Below, one piece after another: positions 22,401 through 35,100 of a DNA stretch of 64,000 bases. This DNA comes from Vicugna vicugna (lineage: Eukaryota). A program made the position numbers and the translations under genes. The stretch is taken from contig MU060887.1 in the NCBI GenBank assembly GCA_013265495.1, forward strand, positions 6,510,001 through 6,574,000, in the 5' to 3' direction. Under the pieces are notes generated by a model. It made no database searches and had not been told where the DNA came from. It worked only from the letters and a program-made list of their open reading frames with translations. Every line of letters starts with the position of its first letter. Position 1 is the first letter of the stretch.

Positions 22401-22500
22401 CAGCGCTCGGCGAGGCGGGGCTGGCCGGCGGGCCGGGCACAGATCCGCGGACGCTGGGCGGCGGCGAGCGTGGCCTGGCCCTTGGAACGGCGGGCGGCAG
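22400..22500 (+). other. MOB3A: MOB3A non-coding exon 1 (start approximate)
   Basis: CpG-island segment ending in the donor CAG|GTGGGT at 22501; inferred as first exon from position. Confidence 0.6.
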
Positions 22501-23959
22501 GTGGGTCCCTCCGCGGGGCGAACGCGGGCGGCGGGAGGCCGGGGCGCTCAGGAAGGGAGGAGAGGGAGCTGTGGCGGCCCTGGGTCGAACTGGTGGTTAC
22601 AGATGTCACTTTAGGGTCACCCCCTCTCGCCGTGTCGCTAACCGGGACCCACCTCCTGGTTTGGATGGAAAGTCCACAGGGTTTTAGGGCCCACGCCCAC
22701 CGGACCCCAGCCCTTTGAAAGCAGGGCTCTTGCTTCTTGGTCCCCAGAGTCCCCGAGCAGTGGGCAGGGGCTGGGCGGGGGCGTTGGCGTGTCCGCACTG
22801 CCCACTGGGTGACTTCACGGCTGCATCTCCGCACCGGAGAGGGTCACAAAGCGCAGAATAAATTGCCGGGGATGTCTCCACCCAGAGCCACCGCTCATCT
22901 GTGGGTGAGGGTCCTCCAGTCTTTATTCACTTGTGCTCTTTGCCCCTTGCATCTTTCTTTTTAAACCATTTTTTAGAGACTCGGTTGATTTGCAGTGAGC
23001 TGCATGCATTCAGAGCGCACTGTTGGATGACATTTCGGCATAGAATACAGAAGCACCTCACATATTTCACACCCAACCGCCTGCCTGCACTTTGTGATCT
23101 TGGACTTGTTCTGTTACATTTCTTCTACATTCTCCCTCCACCCAGCAGAAAGTTCAGGGTCTCCTATGAGGCCACTTTACAGACTCAGCGCTGAGCAATA
23201 CCAAGAATCCTGCCCTGGCCCATGTCAGGACGGGCCGCTGCAGTCCCCCCACCAAAGTCCTGAGCGCCCATCCGCCCCCCCCTTCCCCACCCCAAGTTTT
23301 AGTCTGTCAGTGTCTGTCGTGCTGATTACAGAGTGAAGCTAGTGGAAGTCCTGGCTGCCCCGCCCCTGCCCACACCCCAGGGCACCGTTTTTCTCCTCCC
23401 TTCCGGAGGCCCCCTTTGTTCACCACGAAGCTGGAACCTGCTCTCCCCTTCCCAGGGTCCAAATCCGGCACCCACCTCAAACAGCACCCATCCCATTGCT
23501 TCGTCCTCCAACAGGTGGGTTTTCCCCCTTTTAAAACCTTCCAGAGCTGAGCGGTCCAGTGCAGCAGCCCCTGGCCTCGCGTGCTAGGGAGTGCCTGAAA
23601 AGTGGTCCAAACCGGGATGTGCCATCCGTGTAAAATCCGTACCAGTCTCCAGAGACTCGGTGTGTGTGGGGTGAGGGGACAAAATATTTCTTTAATATCG
23701 TCTATATTTGTTATGGTGTTAAAATGATATTTTGGCGCTCTTGGGTTAAACTGTTAGCAACGTTAAAGCCACCTGTTTCTTTTCATTTTTTTTTACTTTC
23801 CAACATGGCTACCAAAAAGAAGTTACACACATGGTGTACGTTACACTTCAGTGCCTTCCGTGGCATTTAGTCTTTGGGCAAATAGATGTCCCACTCCTGC
23901 TCTCTTAGCGTTTGTCATTTTCTGTTTCCTGTCTGTGGCTTTAGCTATTTCTTAAATGG

Positions 23960-24560
23960 GGTGAGCAACTCAAAGGATTTAGCCAAGGGCTTGGTGTGTT
24001 GTAATTGGTGAATTCGTGTTAGCTGTATTTTTTTTCTTAACAGACTTAATTTTTTGAGAGCAATTTCATGCTCATGGTATAACCGAGCAGGAGGCACAAG
24101 GACTTCCCATATAACCCTTGCCCCCATGTGTGCGCTGCCTCCCACGTTACCAGCAGCCCCCACCTGAGCGGGCGTCTGTGACAGGGGTGAGCCTACACTG
24201 TCACATCGCTGTCAGCCAGTGTCCGTGTGCGTTAGGGTCCCTCTGGGTGCCGTGCGTGCTCTGGGCCTGGACAACTGTATACGGATGTGTATCCGTCATT
24301 TCATCACACAGAGCAGTCTCACTTCCCCAGAAACCCCCGGGACCCACCTGTCCAGCTCTCCCTCACAAACCCCCCCACCCCCGCAACCGCCGGCCCTTTT
24401 GCTGGCCCCATAGCTCTGCTCCGACCTTTCCAGAGTGTCCCAGCGTTGGAACCACAGCGTTGCCCTCTCAGAAAGGCTTTTCCCGCTTCCCCGTGGTGAT
24501 GCACCTTTACGGTTCCTTGTGTCTTTCCATGGCTTGGTCGTTTACTTTTTACTTCAGCCT
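23960..24560 (-). mobile_element. old L1M 3' fragment
   Basis: AGACTTAATTTTTTGAGAGCAATTTCA...CTTCCCATATA pattern. Confidence 0.55.
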
Positions 24561-27500
24561 CCCTGAAGGACAGACTGTCTTTATCATCTTTAAACTCTCG
24601 AGCATGGTGTTCGCACACCAGGCGCCCCAAATAGCTGCGACAAGTGGAGTTCTAAGTTCGCCTCTCTCAGCAAAAGCAGAAGTGGTTATTTTAGTCCCTG
24701 AGGGGGTTCGCGGAAGTGCTGTTTCAGTTCCAGGACTTTTTAGATGATTCGTATTCCTAACAAGTTTAAGGTGGTCTGTTTCATGTGTGATGGCGTTCCA
24801 GAGCCAGCCAAGTTCATGGGAAAGTCAGCCATTAACTATCATCCCATCCCAGGAGCTTCTCTCCCTTTCTCGGGGCTTCTCGAAATGGAGGTTTAACAAA
24901 AATTCCCCAAGCAGCCGGCCTGGAACTTGGGTTTTTACTCTGGGAAATTTTGGACATGCCCCAGCTGGTGAGCCCTGTTTCTGACTTCCTGGAATTTCGA
25001 GGTTGAGATTGCTTAAGCCAGAGAGGCGAATCCAACTTCAGGAACTGGGTTCTGGGAGGGAAGTGGTCGTTCCTGCAGCTCCTTAGTCCCAGATGAGACG
25101 CCTGGGGCGAGTCATCCTCTGTGGGGGGCCATTCTGTGCACTGTGGGGTGTGGCGCAGCCTCCCTGGACCCCCAATGCCAGGAGAACCCCTAGTCGTGAC
25201 AACCACAAACGCCCCCCAGACGTGGCCCCTGGGGCAGAGTCACCCCCGTTGAGACCCAGGGCTGTAGCGGAGCGAGGCTGGGGCTCTTCTCAGCGCCTGG
25301 AGAGACTGCGATGCTTGATGGATGGCGCTGCAGGGACGCCCTCCCCGCAGACTGGGGTCAGTGCGAGTGCCGACGACCCTGATGTTAAAAGGAAGCTTGG
25401 ACAGCCAGCAAGTGGGGGTGTATGTGGGGTGCCACTTCTCTTGTCTTCCCTTCGGTGACACGCAGGACTCTGGTCAGTGCAGAGCCGCGGCTCTTACAGC
25501 CTTGGGCTGAGTCCTCAGGAGGAAGAGTTACGACTCCTGCAGGGACACACACCACCCATGACCTCCCCCTTTTTCTCCGCTTCTGGTCTCCCCGAGGCCC
25601 CGTTTTGTTGAGCACTAAATCCGTGCTGGTCTTCATGGGGAACTGAGACGGAGGGAGGGGTTGGAGGAGAACCGGCAGCACTGGCCGGGGCACACCCAGC
25701 ACCCCTCTCTCCGTCTCAGTGGAGACAGCCAGATTTAGACCCCCGGCCCCTCTCGCTTGCTGTGGGCTCGGCGCTCCCGGAGGCCCTGCTGGGGGGTCCT
25801 TGCCGCCGCTCTCCCAGCCTGTGGCGCGGCCGGCCAGCGTGGTCCTTCCTTGACCTGGAGACACGACCCCGGCCTCTGCCCCTGTCAGACGGCTGTTTCC
25901 CTGTGTCGTGCCCTCATCTCCCTCTTCTTGTAGGGACAGCAGACGTGGCTTAGTGCCCACCCTCCTCCAGTGTGACCTCGTCTTAATTGCATCTGCAATG
26001 ACCCTGTTTCTCAGCAGGGTTCCCTCACAGGGATCGAGGGTTAAGACTTGAACATGTCTTTCTGGGGGACGTGACTCAGCCCATAAAAGGGGGGTAGGAG
26101 GTGACTGCTGATGGGCACGGCATTTCTTGTGGGGCGAGGAGATGTCCTGGAATTAGAGAGTGGTGACGGTTACACACTCTGATCTGACTAAAAGCCGTTG
26201 GATTGTGTGCTTTGAAAGGATGGAATCTGTCGTATGTGAGTTGTGTCTCAATTGGTTTTTGTTTTTAAAAAAAACCATCATCAGGAAGGCTGGGACACAC
26301 AGAACCCCTCCAGAGCACCTTGGTCTTCGTGTGTGTCCTGCAGGGCTGCGGGCTGCCTCCCCACCCAGGGAGCCGTTGCAGTATATAAAAATAAACATTT
26401 AGATGTTGAGAGACAGCCGTGGGGCACAACCACCTCTAACAGGACAGATCCTGGGCCTCGAGCATCTTCCAGCCAGACACTCAGGCTGCCAGGCCAGGGG
26501 CCCAGGTTTACACGCCGATCGATCCGGAACATGTAGGACCGACCTCAGAGGTTGGGGTCTGTCCCCAGAGAGTAAGTGTTGCAGCCCAGGCAGGATGTGG
26601 AGGCACCGGAAGGAAGTGGCGACTGGGCCAAGGTGCGGCGTGCCCCCCCCCAAGGCAGTTGCTTACAGGAACTGTGTTTTGTTTTCAGAAAAAGAAGGGA
26701 GGGTGGGTGTGTGCTGGGGCAGGGGAGCTTTGTCATCTGAACTTCGGCCACTCTGGGAGTTTGAAGTGCCACACACATCTCATCCCCAGGAAGAACCTAG
26801 GGGAGGGAGCCCTTCGCGCTGGATTCCGAGAAGCCTGTGCTGGTTTTCCCCCGTGCCGTCCTTGGGGGTTTTCTAGGAAGAGCCAGGAGAAAGGAGCCCC
26901 AGAGACAGTACCTGGGGCAGCGTGGGGGCGTCTCCCGGTGCCTTGGCCTCCTGCGCGCTTCTCAGGAAAAGGCGCTTTCTGGCGGCTGGCCACCCCTCCA
27001 CCATGGGAGTGTATTTCTAATAGAAAGCTGTTTGCTTTTGATGGGAACTCTGCCCATCCAGGAAGTGTTTCAGAAAATCATTGCTTCCACTTGAAAAAAA
27101 AGTCTACTTTCTGAGGCGAAAGAAAGGCAGGCAGGAACCTTACAGGCCCCTTCCACCGCCCCACCCCATCTTCCAGAACGATCTTGGCGTGGCGCTGGTG
27201 CAGGGCATGAAGGGCTGTAGGCAGACGTGGTCAGCGGGCCCGTGGAGCCCCCACCCTCTCCTGTCGGGCAGGGCACGTGTCCCTAGGTGACGTCGTTGGG
27301 GATTAAACCCCCAAAACTGTCCCTGGAGAGGCCCCAAAAGAACCAGGAGGCAGCAGCCGGTCCGTGGTGGGCGGGCTGCGTTTCTCTGTGCGGTGTGATT
27401 TCCGCAGGGGCTGGCAGGCCAGCTGCAGGGCAGGTGAGGAGCCCGGATGGGCGGGCCACACAGAAGCGGCTCCAGGGTCTTTGCTTGCGGCTCCGCCTCG

Positions 27501-28295
27501 CTCTGGCTGGACGCAGGGTGCAGCGCCCCGCTCTGTCTTCTCCTTGCCAAAGTCAGGCCGCGCTCCGCTCCTGCAGAAGGGCGTGCAGGGCCGAAGTAAG
27601 TCGTACAGGAGACATTGCCTTCCCTGGCACCAGCAGGTGGCAGGCGCTGGAAGGGGCGACTCTCGTCTCTAGCAGGTGGGCTCCAGGTAACTGACCAGCG
27701 CCCGGGGTGGCCTGAGGGATGCTCGGCTTGCAGGTGAATCACCTGGGCAGGTTCAGGGCCCCTTGGGCCGCAGGGTCCCCGCCTGGCATGTGCAGCTCAC
27801 ATGCCCTCGGCACAGAGGGTCGGGGCGGGTTCAGGGCCCCTTTAATCAGTGCCTCCTGGGGGGTCTAAGGTGAGCCTGTCAGGTCCTTCCATGTCGGGAG
27901 AGAAGCAAGCAGGTGGCAAGTTTCTGGCTGTACCCCATTCTCAGAGGGACCCCGTTCCTGCTGTCCAGGCCCTGGGCACCTGGGGCTGTGCCCACCCTCC
28001 AGAAACAGGGAGAGTGGGAGCCGGAAGCACCCACACCAGCTCTGCAGGTGTGCAGAGGGGCCTGTGAGGGAGCAGTCCCAGCCCGGGGGTACCTGGCCCT
28101 GGCTTTGGGGTCAGATGGGTGGAAGCCTGAATAGCGGAGGGCGGGGGCCGTGGGGGCAGGTGGCCCGGCACAAGGAGCGAGGCTTCACCTGTCTGGCTGG
28201 AGTGTGAACTACAGCTCCTCCTGTCACCAGCTGTGTGGCTTAACTCTGACTTATGATCACTAACTAGTTAGTACTGAGTCAAGCTCTTCTAACTC

Positions 28296-28427
28296 TGTGG
28301 TTCTCACCTGGGGTGGTTCTGCTCTCGGGAGACACCTGTGGTTTTCAGGACTCAGGGGGCACCAGGGAGACTGCCTCACACACACGCCAGTGCCCAGGAC
28401 TGGCCCTGATGTCAGCAGTGGTGAGTC
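28296..28427. mobile_element. MER20-like remnant, internally deleted
   Basis: GTGGTTCTCA...GGAGACACCTGTGGTT...CAGTGCCCAGGAC. Confidence 0.5.
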
Positions 28428-28529
28428 TGGGCCTCAGTCTTCCCATCTGTAAAGTGGGGGGCTCTGCTTTGCTCCGAGCTTTGCTCTGAGTGCCTCGCTG
28501 ACACTTAGGTTTCACATGCGAGGAGTCAT

Positions 28530-28830
28530 GCACTGTGTCCCCCTCTGTGTCTGCTTCTTCCGCTGAGCATCGTGCTCTCTGTTGGAGCGAGTGTCAGCGC
28601 GTCTCTCCTTTTCGCGGCTGAGTGATGTCCTAGTGTGTGGATCAGTTCACCTGCTGATGGGCGTTTGGGTGTCTCTGCCTTTTGGCTGTTGTGAGTCACC
28701 TGCTGGGCGTGTGTGTGTACAGGTTTTTGTGGGGACGTGTTCTTACTTCTCTCAGGTGGACTTTGAGGTGCGCTGCTGGGTGAGACGGTAACCCGGTGTT
28801 TCCATAACCAGCAGACTGTTGTCCGCAGCG
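28530..28830 (-). mobile_element. old L1M 3' fragment, GC-shifted
   Basis: GTCTGCTTCTT...GGCTGAGTGAT...TTTTGGCTGTTGTGA...CAGGTTTTTGTG. Confidence 0.6.
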
Positions 28831-28988
28831 CTGCCCCAGCTTGTGTCCCCACCGGCAGTGCAGGAGGGCTCCGACCGCCCCGTGTCCTCACCAGCACCAC
28901 GATTCTCCTTTTGGATAGCAGCCACCCTCGTGGAGGGGGTCCTTCCCCTCTTCGCTGGGCCTCCTCCCACCCCCGGCTCCGTCCGCAG

Positions 28989-29147
28989 ATGCTCAGCTTC
29001 TGTGACTGGCGAGTCCATGCTGCCCTGAGCTGACCTTCCAGCACTCCGTCCAGTGGGGCCCAGAAGTGTGAACGAGCTTTGCCCGCCGCCGTGGAGGACT
29101 GAGGGCTCCAGGCCCGCGCGTGAGCAGGGCCTGAGCGACCCAGCTCG
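28989..29147 (+). other. MOB3A: candidate MOB3A non-coding exon 2
   Basis: Pyrimidine tract plus cag acceptor (ccgcag|atg) and donor TCG|GTCAGC; non-repeat island between L1 and MLT1 remnants. Confidence 0.45.
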
Positions 29148-29194
29148 GTCAGCTGTGAGGTCTCCTGCCTGGCGCCCATCTGGGCTGTCTGCCT

Positions 29195-29650
29195 GGCCTC
29201 TGTCTGAGCTTCCTGCAGCTGCTGTAATAAGTCACCAGAGACTGTGGCCCAGGGGCACACAGATTGGTTAGCTCTCATGGTGCTGGAGATCACGAGTCTG
29301 ACCTGGGTTCGGTCCGGAGGTGGGTGGGGCTGGCCCCTCCGGAGGCTCCAGGGAGAAGCGGCTCCTGCCTCTTCCAGCTTCTAGAGGCTCCGCATCCCTG
29401 GCTCGCGGCCCCTCCCTCCATCCTCACCGCCAGCAACGGGGCATCCCCGTCTCTCTCTGACTCTGAGCTCCTGCCTCCCTCTGATGAGGACTCTGTGAGG
29501 ACACGGGGTACTCCGGGGAATCCAGGGTCACCCCCATCCCAGGGGCCTTAACCCAGTCCCACCTTCAGGATCCCCTCTGCCCCATGAGGTGACGCGTCCT
29601 CAGGTCCCAGGACCAGGGCAGGGTGTCTCTGGGGCCGTCACTCTGCCGGC
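29195..29650. mobile_element. MLT1 (ERVL-MaLR) solo LTR, MLT1D-like
   Basis: GCTGCTGTAA...CTTCCAGCTTCTAGAGGC...AGGACTCTGTGA pattern. Confidence 0.75.
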
Positions 29651-30959
29651 CAGGTCCTCCGCCCTGATCAGGGCAGGGAGGCTTCCATGCCTGATACTGC
29701 TGAGCCCTCTCAGGGAGGGGGTCGCTCCGCCCTCCACGCCCCTTCAGCCCCGCAGGGAGTCGCTCTAGAGGCTCAGCTCCGGTGCCATCCCCCTTCAGGC
29801 TGGAGCAAACTCTTGTTTTAAATTCTCCTAAGTCAGCTTCCGCATTGCTGCCCAGGCTCTGACGCCCCAGGCAGTGTCCCCTGGGCTAGAACATGGGTTC
29901 CAGCACTTCACAGTATCTGTCTGTTTCTGGAATTAACCTGAAGGCTTTCGGAAGGCAGCTCGGCCAGCCAGACCGCTTCATGGGACCAGTTCCCATCTGA
30001 CCCCAGCAACGGCCGAGGCTCACCTTGATCCCAGTTCTAGAGGCGTCTGCCTGAGGGCAGAGCTGGGAGCCCTGGGCCTCCGGGAGACTCTTCTTTCCCG
30101 CCCCACAAGGCGTGGAAGGACCGAGCTGGAGGAGACGCTGGGCTCCAGGATGTGGCGGTGGTGACTCAGCCCTTGCACTGGTGCCGCCCTCCCCTCCCGG
30201 TCCCTCCACCTGGGTCCCCAGTCCCGTGCGCAGCCGGGATGACCAGACTCGCCAGCCTCGGGCCCCGCCTGCCTGGAACTGCTTCTCTGTCACCAAGGTC
30301 GACCTGGCGCTGACATCCATTCTCTGAGGGTGAGGGGTCTCTGCAGAAGGACATGAGGCCCACTGCAGACATGGGGCATCCCGAACAGGGGTTTAGTATC
30401 AGGTAGTGGATAAGCGGGTGCTTACTAAACCAGGGGGCCTGGGCCTGGGTGGGCAGAGGCGTCTGCTTCCGCTTCCCCTCCGAGCTGACTTTCCCTTCTG
30501 CGGCCACTCCTGGGGGAGCTCCTGGGAGCCCCCCCACCCCTGCTCTGTCCCAGCCATGTCCACCCCCTCGGGAAGGCACATCCACCCAGGCCACAGGCGG
30601 AGAGCAAGGGTGGCGACGGGGCTGGCGCCATGACTGGTCCCGAGTGTGAGCCTCTCCCCACCGAACAGGGGAGACTGGGCACAGGGAGGAGCTGGGGAGG
30701 AGCTTGGGGGGGGTCATGCAGTCACAGCAGGGGCATGGCAGCGGCAGCCCCCACGCCAGGGCCTTGTCCCCAGAGACGGGTGTCACAAGACTGGACCAGC
30801 TCGTGGAAGCGTCTTTACTTAGTGGTCTACGGGGGTGACCATCTAGTGTCCCCCGGAATTCATAACCACCGTCAGAAATGGAGTCTCTGCAGATGTCAGA
30901 ATGGTAGGATGGGTCTCACTGGGTTACAGTGGGCCCCGAACCAGTGATGAGATTCGGAC

Positions 30960-31355
30960 AGGAGACGCAGGGAGGAACAGATGAAACAGGAATGTATTCC
31001 CTCCCAGCTCTGGAGGCCAGAAGCCCGAAACACGGCTGCTTCCTCCCGAGGCTCTGAGGGGGCACCCGTTGCTGGGCTCTCTCCAGGCTTTACCAGTGCC
31101 GGCAGTCCTTGGTGTCCGTCAGCTTGTAGAGTCATCACCCCGTCCCTGAGTCTGTCATCACACAGCCTCCCGTGTCTGTCTGCCCTCACAGGGACACTCG
31201 TCATTGGATTTCAGGCCCCCCGGATAGCTTCGGACGAGTGCGTCCCAGGATCCTTAACTCAGTCACGTCTGCAAAGACTCTTTCTCCTGATGGGGCCCCG
31301 CTCGTAGGTCCCAGGGAGGCGGACGTCTCTTTGTAGAGGCCACCACTTAACCTGC
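30960..31355. mobile_element. MLT1 solo LTR remnant
   Basis: CTCTGGAGGCCAGAAG...CTTGTAGA...CATTGGATTT...ATCCTTAACT...TCTGCAAAGAC. Confidence 0.7.
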
Positions 31356-31732
31356 TGGGGTCAGCTTCAGCCCGGGTGCGGGTCTCCGCGCGCGCTCTCT
31401 CTTGCTTTACAGGAAGCCCCCGGGCGGGGAGGGGATGCCACCCGCTCTGAGTTGTCTGGGGCCCAGCTCAGCGTCTGCTCTAAGGCAGGCAGACGTGCCC
31501 GGGGCAGTCTGCATCCTTTTGGTGAAACTCAAAACCACACGTCCAAGGAGCGTCCCCAGTCCGCCCACTGGTGCTTCCAGAACAGGGTTCAGGGGACAGG
31601 CGACGAGTCTTCCTCTTTGTGTATTCCAGGTCTGGGGCAACCTGGGGTCCCAGTGACCGTCCTGTCTCAAGCGTCCCGCCTGGCCGTCCCTGCAGAGGCC
31701 TGGCTGGGGGCCGCCTGTAGCGTGTGGGCAAG

Positions 31733-32153
31733 ATGTCCAACCCCTTCCTCAAGCAAGTCTTCAACAAGGACAAGACCTTCCGGCCCAAGCGCAAGTTCGA
31801 GCCAGGCACCCAGCGCTTCGAGCTGCACAAGAAGGCGCAGGCGTCGCTGAACGCGGGGCTGGACCTGAAGCTGGCCGTGCAGCTGCCCGCCGGTGAGGAG
31901 CTCAACGACTGGGTGGCCGTGCACGTGGTGGACTTCTTCAACCGCGTCAACCTCATCTACGGCACCATCAGCGACGGCTGCACCGAGCGCTCCTGCCCCA
32001 TCATGTCGGGCGACCCCAAGTACGAGTACCGCTGGCAGGACGAGCACCGCTTCCGCCGGCCCACGGCGCTGTCGGCCCCCCGGTACATGGACCTGCTCAT
32101 GGACTGGATCGAGCTGCAGATCAACGACGAGGGGGTCTTCCCCACCAGCGTCG
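31733..32153 (+). CDS. MOB3A: MOB3A first coding exon CDS (421 nt; exon begins near 31630)
   Basis: ATG in context gcaagATGt; donor G|gtgagt. Confidence 0.95.
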
Positions 32154-35100
32154 GTGAGTTGGCAGACAGGCGGGCGCCACGCGCTCCTCTGGCTTTTTAG
32201 TAACAGCTTTGTCAGGATAGAATCCACACACCGTAGAAGCCACCCGTTGAAAGTGCACAGTTCAGTGGCATTTTAGTACATTGACAGCCTTGTGCACCTG
32301 TCAGCTCTAATTCCATCACCCTGAAAGCACCCCCTCCCCAGCCCCTGGCAGCCAGGAAGCCCCTCTGTGTGTCTGCGGACCGGCCTGTTCTGGACGTCCC
32401 ACGTCCGTGGACTCACACGCTGTGTGTCCTCCTGTGTCTGCTTCTCTCCCTGAGCTCGTGCTCTCAGGGTCCGTCCCCGTGGGAGCGGGTGTCAGGGCTG
32501 CTCTCCTTTTCGTGGCTGAGTGATGCTCCCGTGTGTGGAGGGACCACGTTTGGCTTCAAGTTAAGGGTCTTGAGATGGGGAGATTATTCTGGATTATCTG
32601 GGTGAGCCCTAGATGGCATCGCAGGGGCCCTGCGGGAGGCAGGCACACAGCAGGACGGAAGGCGGTGAGACTGTGGAGGACGGGGTCCTGAGCCCAGAGA
32701 AGGCAGGAGAGGGATTCTCCCTGGAGCCTCTGGAGGAGCCACTCCCACACCTCCGCTTGGGCCTGGGGCGCCCTGGGGGCTCCTGGCCCCTGGAACTGTA
32801 GGAGAATTCACCCGTTGTCCTGAGCCACTGAGTAGTGGTAACTTGTCACAGCGGCCCCGGGAGGCTCGGCAGATGCTGTTCCCATGTCACCAGGTCGTCA
32901 CGGTGTCCTAGCAAGTTGGCCCTTGGCCGCAGGCAGGCTCTGTGCCTGGCAGAGTTTCTCAGCACCCCCGCCCAAACCCCACTCTGTACAGTGAACAGGG
33001 TTGGCTCTGGTGGGGGGCTTGCAGGGACCCACTTGGGAAAGGGCCATCCCAAAATAGATTCCTGGGCAGTCCCCATCAGGTTCGGGGTCTGAGTCTGCAC
33101 GTGCTCCCTGTTGTTCTGACTCACGGCCTTGCTGGGACCCCCTAAACCCTAGCCCCAGCTCCTGAGGGGCCCACATCCGGAAAGTCGGGCCCCGAGTGCC
33201 TCTAGTCAGGTCCTTGCCCCCAGAAGGCGAATTCCAGGCATCTTACCAAAGAGGCCACAACAAGGAGACAAGTGAGTTTGGTGGTCGTTACCCAGCTGCC
33301 CAGCGAGGGCCAGGCTCTGGTGCACAAACACATCATGGGTTCTGGGGCTGCTCCCGCCTTCCCTGAGGCCCGCCTGGCCCAGGCTGCACCTTCTAGCCCT
33401 GTCCGTAGACCTCAGGGCCAGCTGCACTGGAAGCTCTTCAGGGCCCCTCGGCCTGTTATGACCCCCGGCCCAGCAAGCGGACTGAAATGCTTCTTTGCTC
33501 ATCTGTGGTGCTTCTCAGGACCAGAGCCTGCCACGCACCCCTCAAGGTTAGACTTGTGGCCAGGCAAAGAAAGGGCGGGGTCCACAGCCTTCCCCGCGGA
33601 GGGCCAGGTCATAGGTCTTTCTGGTTTCGCAGCCCAGGTGGTCCGTGTGGGTTACCCGGTCTGCATGTAGCCTGAGAGCCACCCTAGATGATAGATAAAC
33701 AGACAAGTGTGCGTGAGGAGTAGGCCTGCATTCCAGTAAAACTTTATTTACAGAAGCAGGCAGTGGGCGGGACTCATGACCCCATGTGAGGGCATGGTTG
33801 CAAGCGTGGGCAGTGCAGTTCTGGAAGATTCGTTTCTAGGCCCTTCTACAGGGCTGCTGTCCCCCCTGCCCCCAGGGTAGGGTGGCTCCTGGCACCCCCT
33901 GCAGGAGAGAGGAGCTGGGGAGGGGGTGCCAGCCACGTCAGGCCCAGGACCCTGCAAAGCTGGAGCCGACCCGTGCGCTCCGTCGCCTTCCTTGCCGCTG
34001 AGCGCTCTGTGCGCCCCTGAATTTGTGGCTGTTAGACAGCTTTCCCTTGTGGGGGTCCCCCGCCCTGGAGGGGATGTCCCACCACGTGGTTTTCAAAGGT
34101 CTTCACTGACAGCGTGTGCGCCTCAGACACCCATGAACGTGGTGTCTCGAGGGTCAGGCATTCCTCCCAAGGGATCTTGGGAGAAAACCCAGAGGCCTCG
34201 CTGATGCTGACTGCACCTTCTGTGCGTAGACCCCCAGGAGCCGCTGGGCCCTGTTGCCTGGAACAGATGTTCACAGGGGCTTCGGGACAACAGAATATAA
34301 GTCCCATCAGTGCTCAGGCCGGGAGGGGTCGCCTGGCCCGGGGCACCCGGCGCAGCAGGACGGAAGCCGGGGAGACGCCTGGTGGTGGGGAGCTTCTCTT
34401 TCCCTCTTGCCTTCTGCCCCGGCGCGCCGGCGGCCTTTCCGCGCGGGCTCATCTCCCATCCCCGACTGGGTGCGGGCTGTCCCCAGTCCCACCGCAGACA
34501 GCGCGGGAGCCTCCCCGCTCGCCCACCTCCAGGCACTTGCCTGGACGTCTCTGGAGCCTTTCCTCGCCGACCTCAGGGCCGGGAGGTGCAGCGCCGTCCA
34601 GGGGCTGGCGGTTGCGTCTTCCAGGAGCACGTGCCCGGCGCACCGTGCCTGTCCCCGCGGTGCTGGCGGCTCCGCGCGTCCTACCCCTGGGCCCGGGCCC
34701 CCTGCCCGGTTGCACTGGGCAGACGGAGTGAGCGTGAGGCGTCTGTCCTGTGGGAGGAGAGGACGTGGGTGGGGGCCGGCGCCCTCAGGGCCGCTGGGTC
34801 TGCGGGTCCTACGGGATGTGTGTGTTGTGCTGTGACTTCAAAAATAGAAAAAAAACGTTAAGTTCAGTCTTAGGAGGAGTTGCAGTCTACTGTGTACACG
34901 CAGTTAAGTTCAGACTTAAGTGGTAACAGTGAAACACGTTTACAGGGAGAGGTATGAATACATTAAGTGAAAAATATCAAATGTCAAAAAATGTGTTTGT
35001 CTGAGTTGTCCCGTTCTACACAGAAAATACACGCAGCTAGGACCAGACGCACAGAAGCCTGTGGGCTCACCCAGGCCGAGCAGGCGGCAGGTCCCCGCTG

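Noticed and set aside
31724-31732. N-terminal MGK extension of MOB3A in the ORF track
   Set aside because: Begins at GTG; the ATG at 31733 has good context and matches the known N-terminus.
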